From Phoronis australis (Eukaryota > Animalia > Phoronida), in the NCBI GenBank assembly GCA_002633005.1, contig NMRA01000097.1, positions 955,734 to 1,019,733 of the forward strand: 64,000 nucleotides of DNA. The letters are read 5' to 3'. Every line of letters begins with the position of its first letter. Position 1 is the stretch's first letter. The translations under genes and the position numbers were made by a program. Shown here in pieces: positions 41,196 through 52,050 of this stretch. The notes beneath the pieces were generated by a model that saw only the letters and a list, made by a program, of their open reading frames with translations, had not been told where the DNA came from and did no database searches.

Positions 41196-41312
41196 CATGC
41201 GCGCACCCAGGCGGGAGGCTCGGCGGGGTACTCGAACGAGCCCCNCCGCCCGCCTTTTTGTTACCACAACGGCATTCGAGCACCCCCATATTGAAGGCTG
41301 GGTGCGCACATG
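41196..41312. mobile_element. MITE with CATGCGCGCA termini and 5-bp TSD
   Basis: CAACA|catgcgcgcacccag ... ctgggtgcgcacatg|CAACA (spans a single-N gap). Confidence 0.75.
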
Positions 41313-42428
41313 CAACATTTCTGTTATAAATTCGAGTGTGAACTCGGTCAAATCTGAAAGTTTGACTCAGTAGTGGCTCGCACTCGAAGACCCACAGTGT
41401 GTACATCAATAGTGATGTCAGTGAACTCGGTCCGCCATTGTGTGCAGTGCGTTATTCATAATGTATTTGCAGGTATACTCAAGCACTCAATCAGAAACAA
41501 TTACCTGAGTTCATAATTTGATTGCAGCTGTATTGTTACACATTTACAATAATTTTGCTGCGACTTCACAACTAAATCAGCTAGTAGTTGTCAACCGTGT
41601 AATTTTCTACATTCAGTTTCAAAAGCTCACCACGTTGTCACGGAAAGTCACGTGTTTATTTGGGATTGTTTTGTGAAATATGTAAAGTTGACACCGTGTT
41701 GGAATGTCCAATGCTTACGCTACATCAGTTTGAATTTCCGCGGTTGATCATTGTGTTCAGTCCACTGGAGTAGGGCGGCCCGGCCGGCCTAGCGAATGCT
41801 CAGATTCACTTGGCATTTATTACGACCAAAATACCTTTGGCTGACACTTTTTATATAAAGAGGTCGACATCCCGCTAAAGTACGACTAAAGCACTGTGCA
41901 TACAAATTTTGTCCTTCTTTTACTTGCGGAAATGCATAGAAAATTGTAACGCCGGGGCGAGTGCGTCCTCGTACAGACTAGTGATGAACGTAAATCGACA
42001 ACGCCATCTATTGTCAAGCATCCAACTTTCCTCCTTTGAATATTGTATTGTTTGCCCGCAGGCTCGTAAATCCCAATACACAATGCGCATAACACAAAAG
42101 CTTGTGAGTAGTGTGTTAAGTTGTAGACCCGTATGTAAACGACCTTTTACTACCACTGCACTGATCGCGTTGCGCATCTGACATCCGGAATGAGACGCAG
42201 TGCTTACGGTTTTGTCGATGTTTATTACTTGTTAATTAATTATCAAGCTTATTATCGGACTTAACATCACATAAGTCAAGCTGAACCCCGTGTACTGAGT
42301 GGGTGGACGCGATCTCTGACGAGTGAGTTTCTTGGCTCGTCAAGTCAACTCGTACAGTCTTCTCGCAGCTCAGTCGTGAGACGAACAAATAACCGTGAGG
42401 ATCGTGTTATATTAAGACTCCGGCAAAC

Positions 42429-42591
42429 ATGATTAATATAAGAATAGACAACGGGCCGTTCGAGAGCGTTAGCAGTGTGGACGAGTCGAAGCTGAAAACT
42501 TTTAACCAGAAGCACGCAAAACAAAAGACGACGACGGGTGAGGACGAGCCTCCGGACTGTGGGATGGTTACAGTGCTGCAGCCAGCCCATA
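42429..42591 (+). CDS. Putative alternative first coding exon (1b) of the ANKDD1-like gene
   Basis: caaacATG start context; 54 codons + 1 nt (MINIRIDNGPFES...VLQPAH); ends CAT A|gtaagt in phase 1, compatible with exon 49214. Confidence 0.62.
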
Positions 42592-43426
42592 GTAAGTCGC
42601 GCTTCATTGATTTGTATGCTTTTTGAAACTCTTAACTACATTAAGTCGGAGAACTGAACCGTTTATAGGCTACACTACCCTCACAATACCCGTAAACAAT
42701 TATGCTAGTCGACAGGTGACGTAAGCACTTGACTAAGAAGGTTATCGTTGTTTTTAACTGCAACGACTGCCGCAGATGTTGCCATATGCGTGGGCGTAAA
42801 CCGCGCCACGCCAATTAGATGAAAACTGCATTTTGTTGCAATTAAGGGTCCAGTATAACGTTGCATTCTGTGATGTACAATGGGTAGTGTGAGAACGATG
42901 CCATAATTGATTTGTTAAAGGCCCTGTCACAATACGGTACAAATAATCTAGATCTCCTAAAAACGTAGACATTTTCAGTGGAACCGACTACGCATTGTAA
43001 AATCTGAGCGACAATTCCCAGAACGACGTCGCACTTGAAGCATGTTTCGACAGAGGTCGCAGATTCCCGACCACCGTTTCATGAAAGTGTTAGGCAGGTT
43101 CGGTTGTTCCGAGAACGAGTTTCATGTCACAAACACCTATAAAAGCAATTCAAACTCGGTGCATGTGGGACCAAAATAGTTTTTAGCACGATCTCGAAAA
43201 CGGGAGAAAAACGAGAGGGAGCCGACTGAGCGTTGTAGAATCGAAATAGGAAGCAGGAGGTCGTATTCGAGGCATTTCTTGGCCATACAGTTGTCCGTTT
43301 CCGTCCTTGTTCTTTTTTTTTCATCAGCTATCGGGAGCTTCGAGAACGAGCTTGATGTGACGTGCCCTGTGTCCGATATCTCGAAGAGACGTGCAGTAGA
43401 CTCTTTAGCAGGCAGATGGCAGTCAC

Positions 43427-43723
43427 CATGCGCGCATCCAGCCGTAAAATTGGGGGGCTCGAATTTTTGAGAATGTGGACCTTTTACTAAGATTCAATCA
43501 TAGTAAAAGATCCACATTATCATTCATGGGGTACGTTCAGAGCTACGAATTGTGCATTCGCCGAATTTTGGTAGTTCCTGCCCTTTTAGTGGACTTTTGT
43601 CCCGTTTTCTACTTTTTTTCGTATTTTTGTTTCTCTGAGGGGGACTTTTTTGCCCACTTCCCAAATGGAGGGGCTCATTCGAGCATCCCCCGAGCCCCCC
43701 CCCCCTCGGTGCGCTCATCAGTG
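43427..43723. mobile_element. MITE with CATGCGCGCA terminus and 5-bp TSD
   Basis: GTCAC|catgcgcgcatccag ... cggtgcgctcatcagtg|GTCAC. Confidence 0.65.
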
Positions 43724-45149
43724 GTCACGTGTTGAAAGGAGCGGGATGTCGTGAATCAGCTGTATTTGTTCGTAGTGTTGAAGAAACCTGGTGAAATTGT
43801 TAATTAAAAGTGCATGGCAAATTTATAATAAACACGTTGTATACCTCATCTTGGCCCGTATAAACCGTTCCTAAGCGACACTAAATATGCGGCCTCATAA
43901 CGCATGGGGTTTGATTGCAACCCCTTCGCAAATAGGGTCTCCTAAAACGGAACACTTGATTTCTGTCGCTCGCAGTCAAAATTGGCATCCAGTTTGCTCC
44001 TTTAATTCGGACGATGGGAGATTTCTGACACTTAATTCGTTACTGTTTGACACTCTCCTGAACATGCTGTTAAGGTGGGTCATTCTTTGCGTCCTATATG
44101 GTCTCTCAGCCGAAACACTGAGTTTTGGCCTTGCGGGAGGTTGAAACGCTCCTTTCTATCCTCTGGTAAGTAAGAATATATTATCTAGCGTCATTCTTCA
44201 CGAACTTACTGGGCTTCAGAAAGTCTGGTGTACCTAATGATATTTGCCTTTAAGGATGTCAAGTTTTTACAAAACATGCAGCACATGTCTGTGTTATGAA
44301 CAGTTCAGCACCTTTGACCTGGCCAGCTCAGTTTCGTGCACCCCACGCAATAATTTTGATAGGTTCGTGCGCATGTCCTCACTTGTCAAGCCATACCAGT
44401 ATGGTTCTACTTTCCCAAATGTGGGCCTGACGTGAAATGAGTTCGAGGAATCGATCATTATCTGGCCAACAACAGACCTAACACTCTTGTGAGATACAAT
44501 GGAAATTATATGTGTGTGAAAGGAAGTTATGCGGTGTGACGTCTGCCACTGTGCATGTTATTTCGTCAGTTTGGGTTCCCGAATTTTATCTCTCAAAACA
44601 GTTATTAACCCGCCTTCCATCACAAGCACAAATTTCTATTGCTGATTTATACCAGTTAAGTGTGAAATTTAGACCACATACTTATGAAGTCGGTCTCAAA
44701 TGTTTCCTCTGACAGTAAATTTAGAGGTGACTTTGGGGCTTCGAAACATCTCGTTATTGTTTAAGACTGATCAGAAGGTACAAGTTGATTTGTAAAGGAG
44801 AATAATTTTATAAGCGGGGCATGGTTCCAACGAATAACGAACAGTTAGTTCTTTGTACACCTATAAATCGCTTCTCGTCTGAGTGAGGAACAATGTAAGG
44901 ACAATTTTGCAGAGGTAGGTGGACAGAACGCGGATTTGTGTCTGCTTTATGTAGTAGGCCGAACTACACGGGGGTAGAGCTCTCCTTTGTCCCGGAGGTA
45001 AGAAAGCTCATCGTTTTCATTGGCCTTGTTTCGGAATGTCGGGCACATTTTCACAGGTCGTGTCGGAAATCGTCGAGGTGTAAGGCCGTGAATATGTTTC
45101 CGATTTCAACCGTTTGAAAGTACCGGAATTGAAAAAGTATCATCAAGAA

Positions 45150-45320
45150 CGGGGATTCTGCTGGGTAAAAATTAACCCGACTAACTTCCTTTATCCACTC
45201 TCTCCGCGTGTTTTCATAGATTGATGTTGGAAAGGCAAAGACCGGGATCCACGTGTATTTGTCAAGTTTATCCAATTGTATCCCGACGGAGTTGCAGTGC
45301 AAGGCACGGCAGCGATTGTC
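45150..45320 (-). pseudogene. Truncated THAP domain
   Basis: NRCRALHCNS...LDKLDKYTWIPVFAFPTSIYENTRREWIKEVSRVNFYP (C..C, FP, W motifs); CxxH part missing. Confidence 0.65.
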
Positions 45321-45949
45321 ACAGTGTAATCCACAGCGGCCCAATTAGTTTCACTCAAGTGACGCAACTTGAAATGAAGGGATTGGCATATCATGTTATA
45401 AAAAATCTTTCAGTTTTAGACAACAGAGGGCAGCTAAGATTTATGTCACATTGAACTTGTATAACTTGAAAACATATCGCTGCTATCGTCTCTCGAATTA
45501 AATTCATTGGAATCAAAACCCTGAATTTTCTGACACTGAATATGAGCTAGTTATATAAGAAGTTGTAACACTGTTAAAAATGAAATTATTTTTCTCACGC
45601 AAATGTTCTCGCTAGAAAGAAACCCTTTGCTATGAGATGTTTGGTTGAAAGTTTCACTTTCTCCGACAAGTTCCATTAAATCCCGAGTTCAATGCAACCT
45701 TGATTAAGGATTTTTACCGGTAAGTAGAAAGTTCGTATAAGCAGCTCTAAACACGAAAACGTACAGTAACAGAATGAGTCTTACCACATAAAAACTGCAC
45801 TAGAGGACCGCTTCATTTAGCGGAAGCAATTAGTCAGTTAATTCATGAATTCTTTATTTAACCATCAGCTAAATCAATACGTTCTTACACGTGTGCGTGC
45901 CATGAGGGAAACGTTAAAGTTATCAGTCACTGCGCCACTGTCATAGTCT

Positions 45950-46310
45950 ATTTCTTTATGATCACTATCGTCGTGATCTTCATCGCCATTGTCATCATCA
46001 TCGTCGTCATCATCATCGTCGACACTATCATCTTTATAATTTTGATTATACATTATCATCACCTTGTCGTCGTCGTCATCATCGACACTATCTCAATTGA
46101 TATTATAATCTCCTCTTGTCATCACCGCCATCGTTGTCGTCGTCATCATCGTCGTCATCATTATCATAGTCATCGACAATACTATCATCGACATCAATTT
46201 TTGTCATTAGATCACCATCTTCGTCATCTACGATAACACCATCGCTAACTTCGTCTACATCATCATCATCAACAACGTCAACATCATCATTATAACCACC
46301 ATCGTCCTCT
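45950..46310. repeat. Degenerate (ATC/GTC)n trinucleotide microsatellite
   Basis: catcatcatcgtcgtcatcatcatcgtc... over ~360 bp. Confidence 0.9.
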
Positions 46311-48082
46311 CTTATTTCTCTTCCTTATCAAAGTTACTCTACATCGCGTTCGCACGTGCAGCATTTTCCACTCGTCCAGTGACTGTTCCATCAGCGATCT
46401 TTCTCGTCGTTTCGTTTGTCAAATACGCCTGCAAAACTACTTCATTATGATTTCACCATACAATAAAAAACTACCGGGGGTTTGGCTCTCTAAACAATCG
46501 TCGCTGTTACCATGAGTTTATTGGTAATATAATATCTTCAGCATAATCAACACAAGTTCCAATTTTCAGATGATCTCGATACAGTTAGCATTGCCTGACA
46601 CCACAATGTCGGGATGTGAAGTAAATGTTGTGAGGCGTTTACAATTTGTATCGTGTTTCGTAATACGCGGAGGAATTGCAGCAGCGGATGGTCGTCTGAC
46701 CGCCTCTACTGTTCTCGGCTAATGCACGCTATTTCTACATGAAACACGCGGCTGGATATCGATTAGAAACGTTTCTATTAGGCTACGCATTTTTACTGAC
46801 TTCATTTTCACTGTGTTAACAACGCTGAAAATGAGGACGCTGACTTCGACTAATGGTTGAATGTCGGCTTAGGCAGACTTTTATTGCACGCACCACAATG
46901 ATTGAGATTTGATATGTTGGTCCCTGGTCTCTTGAATTACATCCTGGTACTTGCAAACATGCTATTCATAGTTGACACTATTCCATTCATTTCTTAACAG
47001 CTTTTTATGAAAAGGGATTCATGCAAAACCCAGTTTGTCAGCGTAGTTGGTGTCTATATTCTCAGTCGTAAGACCATTACTCACAGGTTAGTTCCCAGAA
47101 TCCCCTGAGCTTCCTCCATTCCTAAAAAAATGGATATTTTCAAAGCTGCCTAAAGGGACACGAATCGAACAAGTACAACTTTCTCTTAGACTTCCAGCAT
47201 TTTAGAGAAGAATTTTCTGAAACGCCGCGATTCTGCTGCATACCGGTACTCGATACCCGATACTATCTACGTACATGATTACCGTAAGCGTAAAAAATTG
47301 GAAAACAATGGATTGGACTGAATTTCCGTGTATTCATCTGTTCCGTCGGGAGTGACCCAACTATGGGATTCGTTTTTCTCACCAGAAAACTTTGTCGACT
47401 GCTGAGAACCGTTCGTGTCATTTTCACATATACGTATTGAGATTTGTTTCTATGAAGCTGAAGACGGGTGACGACAAGTTTCGTACAGATCCGACTACCG
47501 CTATGCCCACTAGCGGCAGTTTTGTTTTTTTACGTTTGCCTCTGTTTCTTAAAAGTTCGTGGGTGGATTTTCACGATCTTCATCAAGAAGGTACTTAATA
47601 AGGAGACCACGACACCTTTCATGTTGGACACCGCCAGGTAGTGGCCAGTTTTATTGTTTTCGTGTCCGTTTTTTTTTTTTTTTTTTTTTGGTGTCTGTCT
47701 CTTTATCAGCCAAACCGCTCAAGGAATCATGGCAGATGTATTTTTGATGACAAGACCACTGCTGACGTTTTGTACGGGTTCGACTGCTGCAGTGCCCCCT
47801 AGTGGTATTTTTCATCTGAGGATTTGTCCCTAGGCTCTGTGCTGAATCTTTATGCAGTTTGCAAGTGTATTCCTATGACCTTAACAACAGATAGATGGAT
47901 CCGACTATTGATGTGCCGCTTAGCAACAATTTGAGTTTCCGTGTTTGCCTCTGCATCTTTGGACTCCTCGACAGACTTTCATGAAATGTAGCAAATAATT
48001 TTCTAGTCAGGAGGCGATACCACCTTCCCATGGGTTCAACGTAGTCTGTACCTTTAGTGCTAATTTTGACACTAATAAATAC

Positions 48083-48173
48083 CAGGGGCGGATCCAGGAT
48101 TTTGACAAATGTATCTGGGAGAACTTTAGATGGGGGGCATGGCTCCCTTGGCCCCCCTCTAAATCCGCCACTG
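48083..48173. mobile_element. GC-rich MITE, 5-bp TSD family (short copy)
   Basis: AATAC|caggggcggatccagg ... ctaaatccgccactg|AATAT. Confidence 0.75.
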
Positions 48174-48436
48174 AATATTCCTAGAATCATGAAGTTTGTG
48201 GTACAGTCGTGGGCGCTTTTTAACGCTTCGTGTTTTTGTTGTCGCATATGTTTTTGATTTTTTTCGAAAGATGTTTTGAAATGACTTTAAAGTGAGCTAA
48301 AATGTCATGAATTCAATCTAGTTCTCTCATATCAGACCCTTATGTCAATACGTTCTGCTATGTCAAATTTCTTTCGGTGCATTACTTAATTTTAGACTTG
48401 CATTACGTTCCGTTGTCTCACATGTCGCATGGTCAC

Positions 48437-48592
48437 CAGTGCTGTAGTGGTAAAATTAGAGGTAGGTAGGCGCCCAGAGCCCACCGTATCACCCTGAACA
48501 CTGAATGTAACTTACGGAGCGTAGGCGCTACGTTCAAATGTCAAAAGGTGGTTGGCTGCGCCTACCTGCGCCTACGCCCCACTACAGCACCG
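48437..48592. mobile_element. hAT-type MITE with 8-bp TSD
   Basis: ATGGTCAC|cagtgctgtagtgg ... ccactacagcaccg|ATGGTCAC. Confidence 0.85.
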
Positions 48593-48599
48593 ATGGTCA

Positions 48600-49000
48600 C
48601 GGACTCCTCACTCTCCATAAGTTCTGTTGTCTCACACCTCATTCAATACGTTCCGTGATCACGGGCTTCTCACACACCATTCGTTCCGCTATCTCGCACC
48701 TCATTCAACGCGCTGCATGGTCTCGAAATTGTCACTTACCATACGTTCTGTTATCTCACACCTCATTCAATACGGTCCATGGTCAAAGACTTCTCGCCTA
48801 CAACACGTTTCGCTGTCCCAGCCAGCTCTCTCAATACTTTCGTCATCTCAAAATCCTTTTCCAATATTCGTTATCTCTGACACCTCTTCCAGTACGTTCT
48901 GTTACCTCACACTCCTTCCTTGATACATTTCAGCATCCCAAATTTCTTTCTCAACACGTTCCATCCTCTGAGACCCCTCTTTCAATTTGTTCTGCCATCT
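48600..49000. repeat. Degenerate tandem repeat (recurrent tctcacacctcattcaatacgttc units)
   Basis: Unit recurs at about 48630, 48692, 48754 and 48874 with decay. Confidence 0.6.
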
Positions 49001-49213
49001 TAATGTCCCTCGCATTCAGAACTACTTTAGTGTGTTAGAGTTCTTTCGTCTTTCGATATGTTCCGTCCTCTCTTTCTACCCTTGCAGTCTTTCATTAAAT
49101 GCAATCATCTCGGCCTCCACTGCTGTCAACACAGCCGCTTCAATATAGCATTTTACTTTTTGCAGTGGCACGAACATTCGTTGCTTTGTTGTAATGTGGT
49201 TGTTTTGCTTCAG

Positions 49214-49317
49214 TGTTGGATAACGAGATCATACTTCACGAAGCAGCGCGGAAGAATAGTCTCCAACAAGTGCGTCAGCTGATAAGTCAACAGGTGGACG
49301 TCAACTCGAGAAACAAT
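49214..49317 (+). CDS. ANKDD1A: ANKDD1A-like, ankyrin repeat 1 exon
   Basis: ttgcttcag| ... AAT|gtaagt. Translates LDNEIILHEAARKNSLQQVRQLISQQVDVNSRNN. Confidence 0.88.
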
Positions 49318-50582
49318 GTAAGTTTGATGGATCGTTTTAACGGCTCCTCTTACTCCTGCCTAGAACAATGAATTACAGGAAACCCTTTTTACCGCCGCGT
49401 ATAGAAAGCCTCTTTTTGGTGACTGGAAATTCCATCTGTTGTGAAGGAGATTTGCGTGCCATAGCAGATGGTCAAGGTGTTCAGCCGAAGCCCCTGTACA
49501 GCCCCTTCAACGTCAATTTGACTTTAGAATTGTTCTTCAGCGCCACTATTTGAGACATTTCGCTACCAATTTAACGACATCCAATTTTATCACACGTACT
49601 CTCTATCTGTGCATATAGTTTTTGTTTTAACCTGCACGTGAGGCATATTTTTAATTGATTTATTACTCTTACCTATCTGCACAAAAGCCCCTTTTCCTGC
49701 TGTCATGTGTATTTCAGTGTTTATTTCGCTTCGTATATGTTCATTCAACTTGTTGCCTGATGATGAGACATGCAGTCTTAAAATATAGCTAGTGTTTTAA
49801 TTTGTTCGTTTGTTAAGTCTTTCGGTACGTGCATTGTTACATAGCTGCAGAAGATTGTTTCAGCACTACGAGCGACTTAGTATCAAGCTTTCAAACAAAA
49901 AGTTTAGTCGTGTTTTCAACTAAGTTACTGTTATATCTGTACAAAAGAACGCCCAGGCTATACGCGTGTCTGCACCTGTGGACTGTATACCAGTAGTTGT
50001 GAAAAGAATTGGGAGAGTTGGTAGATCGTTCTTGCTTCTTTAAACCCAAGGTCAATGAGTTGGCCTTACGCTTCACCCTTTTATGCTTTGTGTACCTCAT
50101 TCTGTTAAAGCAGACACTCCAGTGTGCAGTTTGGGCGATCGTCTGCTACCACTGTTGACCGACTTTCTTTGTTACTGATTCGGTATCTGTCTGAATACAA
50201 CGCGAATGAACAACGCAGTCTATAGTTTGCATTGTTAACTACACGTCGACATTCGTGCATGCCTGCATGCAGTATGTATGGTTTTTAGACTAAACTGACG
50301 ACATTGTCAGAATTTTCTTGAAATTTTACATTTTTCTTCAAAGAACCTTCTACCCTGCGGTAGGTACCCAAAAAATAACACATCTGTCTCAATAAATCCA
50401 TACCCGCACGCGGTTTTAGAAATCTGATTCAGGAATTTGGCAGTGCAATCTAGATGGAGGACCTTTTAATAATACGGGATGCCTGGCGTCTGAGTTGTTA
50501 TATCCCTATAAGCAACACCTTCCGTAAATAAGTAGAGCCTCCGAATCATTTTACAGAACCTTTACTTGATTGTGTGTTGCAG

Positions 50583-50681
50583 TTAGACAGAACTGCACTT
50601 CATTGGGCGGCAGCCGGAGGGCACACAAAAGTGTGTGAAGTATTAATTTGCGCTGGCGCCGAGATTGAAGCCGAAGACAAG
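50583..50681 (+). CDS. ANKDD1A: ANKDD1A-like ankyrin exon
   Basis: 99-nt phase-0 exon: LDRTALHWAAAGGHTKVCEVLICAGAEIEAEDK. Confidence 0.92.
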
Positions 50682-51016
50682 GTACCGTAATGTTTCTCTT
50701 TATTCGAACAAAACCTATATAGTGGTTCAATGAACGTTTTTAGAATTAAGTATTTCTTTGTAATACTGCTGGGTCATGCTCATATACAGTTTAGATGGAA
50801 AATTGTCAAACAGCTTGCGATATTCAGAATGTTTATGTTTACCTTTCAACTATACACATTCATATAATAACACAATAAGAAACCGTTCGAAACAAAGAGT
50901 TTGAGTGTTTTGCTGTTTTCTCCTGATAATTGTATATTGATATTCCAGAATTCAACTGTTTAAGTAAAATTTCGTTTATTTGGTATTTTAATTTCTAATT
51001 ATTATTTTTTTTTCAG

Positions 51017-51115
51017 TATGGCATGAGATCCGTGCTCTGGGCTGCATGGTTTGGTCACACGGAAACAACACAATTTTTGGTTAACAGTGGCGCCAACACG
51101 CGGTGTACAAACAAG
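51017..51115 (+). CDS. ANKDD1A: ANKDD1A-like ankyrin exon
   Basis: 99-nt exon: YGMRSVLWAAWFGHTETTQFLVNSGANTRCTNK (AWFGH..LVNSGA as recalled from ANKDD1A). Confidence 0.92.
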
Positions 51116-51945
51116 GTAGTATGACCTAATTTTATATCAGGAGAATCGGGCATTATCTCGTTTTCGGACCGTGACGAGCCTTTGTGATTTTCAACACAAA
51201 TTCATAACTCGGGGGTTGACTATCACATTTCATTGTATCCTTAGTTCTTTAACTGTCTTACAATACACGCCAAGAACCACTGTTTAACAACATCAATTCA
51301 AGTGCAAATTACACTCAACAGAAAGTAAGTTAAGTGTATGACTAATGATGTTTCATGACCCTCTCAACTGTGTTAAGAAGCGTGTGCTATTTACGCCTCG
51401 AATGTTCTATCGTCCTCATATCGTCTCTCAGATCAGTTTATTGATTTTCGTGAAATTTAGTAGCTGTGCTTTTATTGTTACGCTTGCACTATGGGCAATT
51501 GTTTCATTTTTCTCGTGTTGCTCCTTCCAGAAAGAATTTTGAAATATTAAGTACCTTTTATGGCCTAGTTGTTCGTGACACACCAAAGGGGTGCACGTGA
51601 ACACATTATTTGCATCATAACAGTTACGTTCATTAACTTATTATAAAACAGTATAGCTAAAGCGTTTGAGAATTTTTGTCAAAACTGTGCTCGGTTTTCG
51701 GACACAATCTGGTTATGCTCTTTTCCAGTAATTGGTGAATTTCTTCGTCTGCACCACGTGACTGCCCATGCTTTTCGTGTTTCCTGTATTTGTTGTTATC
51801 CCGAGTTAAATTATACGCGTTGAATCTAACCAGAATTACTCGCGTCACACTGCCACCGCTACATATTGTTCATTGATTTGCAGAACGCAGAAGCTCTATG
51901 AAAAATCTTCAAACTTATATATGATTTCTGTCTGTTTTATTTCAG

Positions 51946-52050
51946 CAAGGAATGCACCTCCTTCACTGCGCATCTCAAAATAACCACATTGATGTCGTCA
52001 ATTTCATTCACGAGTCCCTGGAGACGTACAGGATTGATGATTTAGAAAAG
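51946..52050 (+). CDS. ANKDD1A: ANKDD1A-like ankyrin exon
   Basis: 105-nt exon: QGMHLLHCASQNNHIDVVNFIHESLETYRIDDLEK. Confidence 0.92.

Noticed and set aside
45874-46236. Poly-Asp, poly-Ile/Val and poly-His ORFs
   Set aside because: These are translations of an ATC/GTC microsatellite with no gene context.
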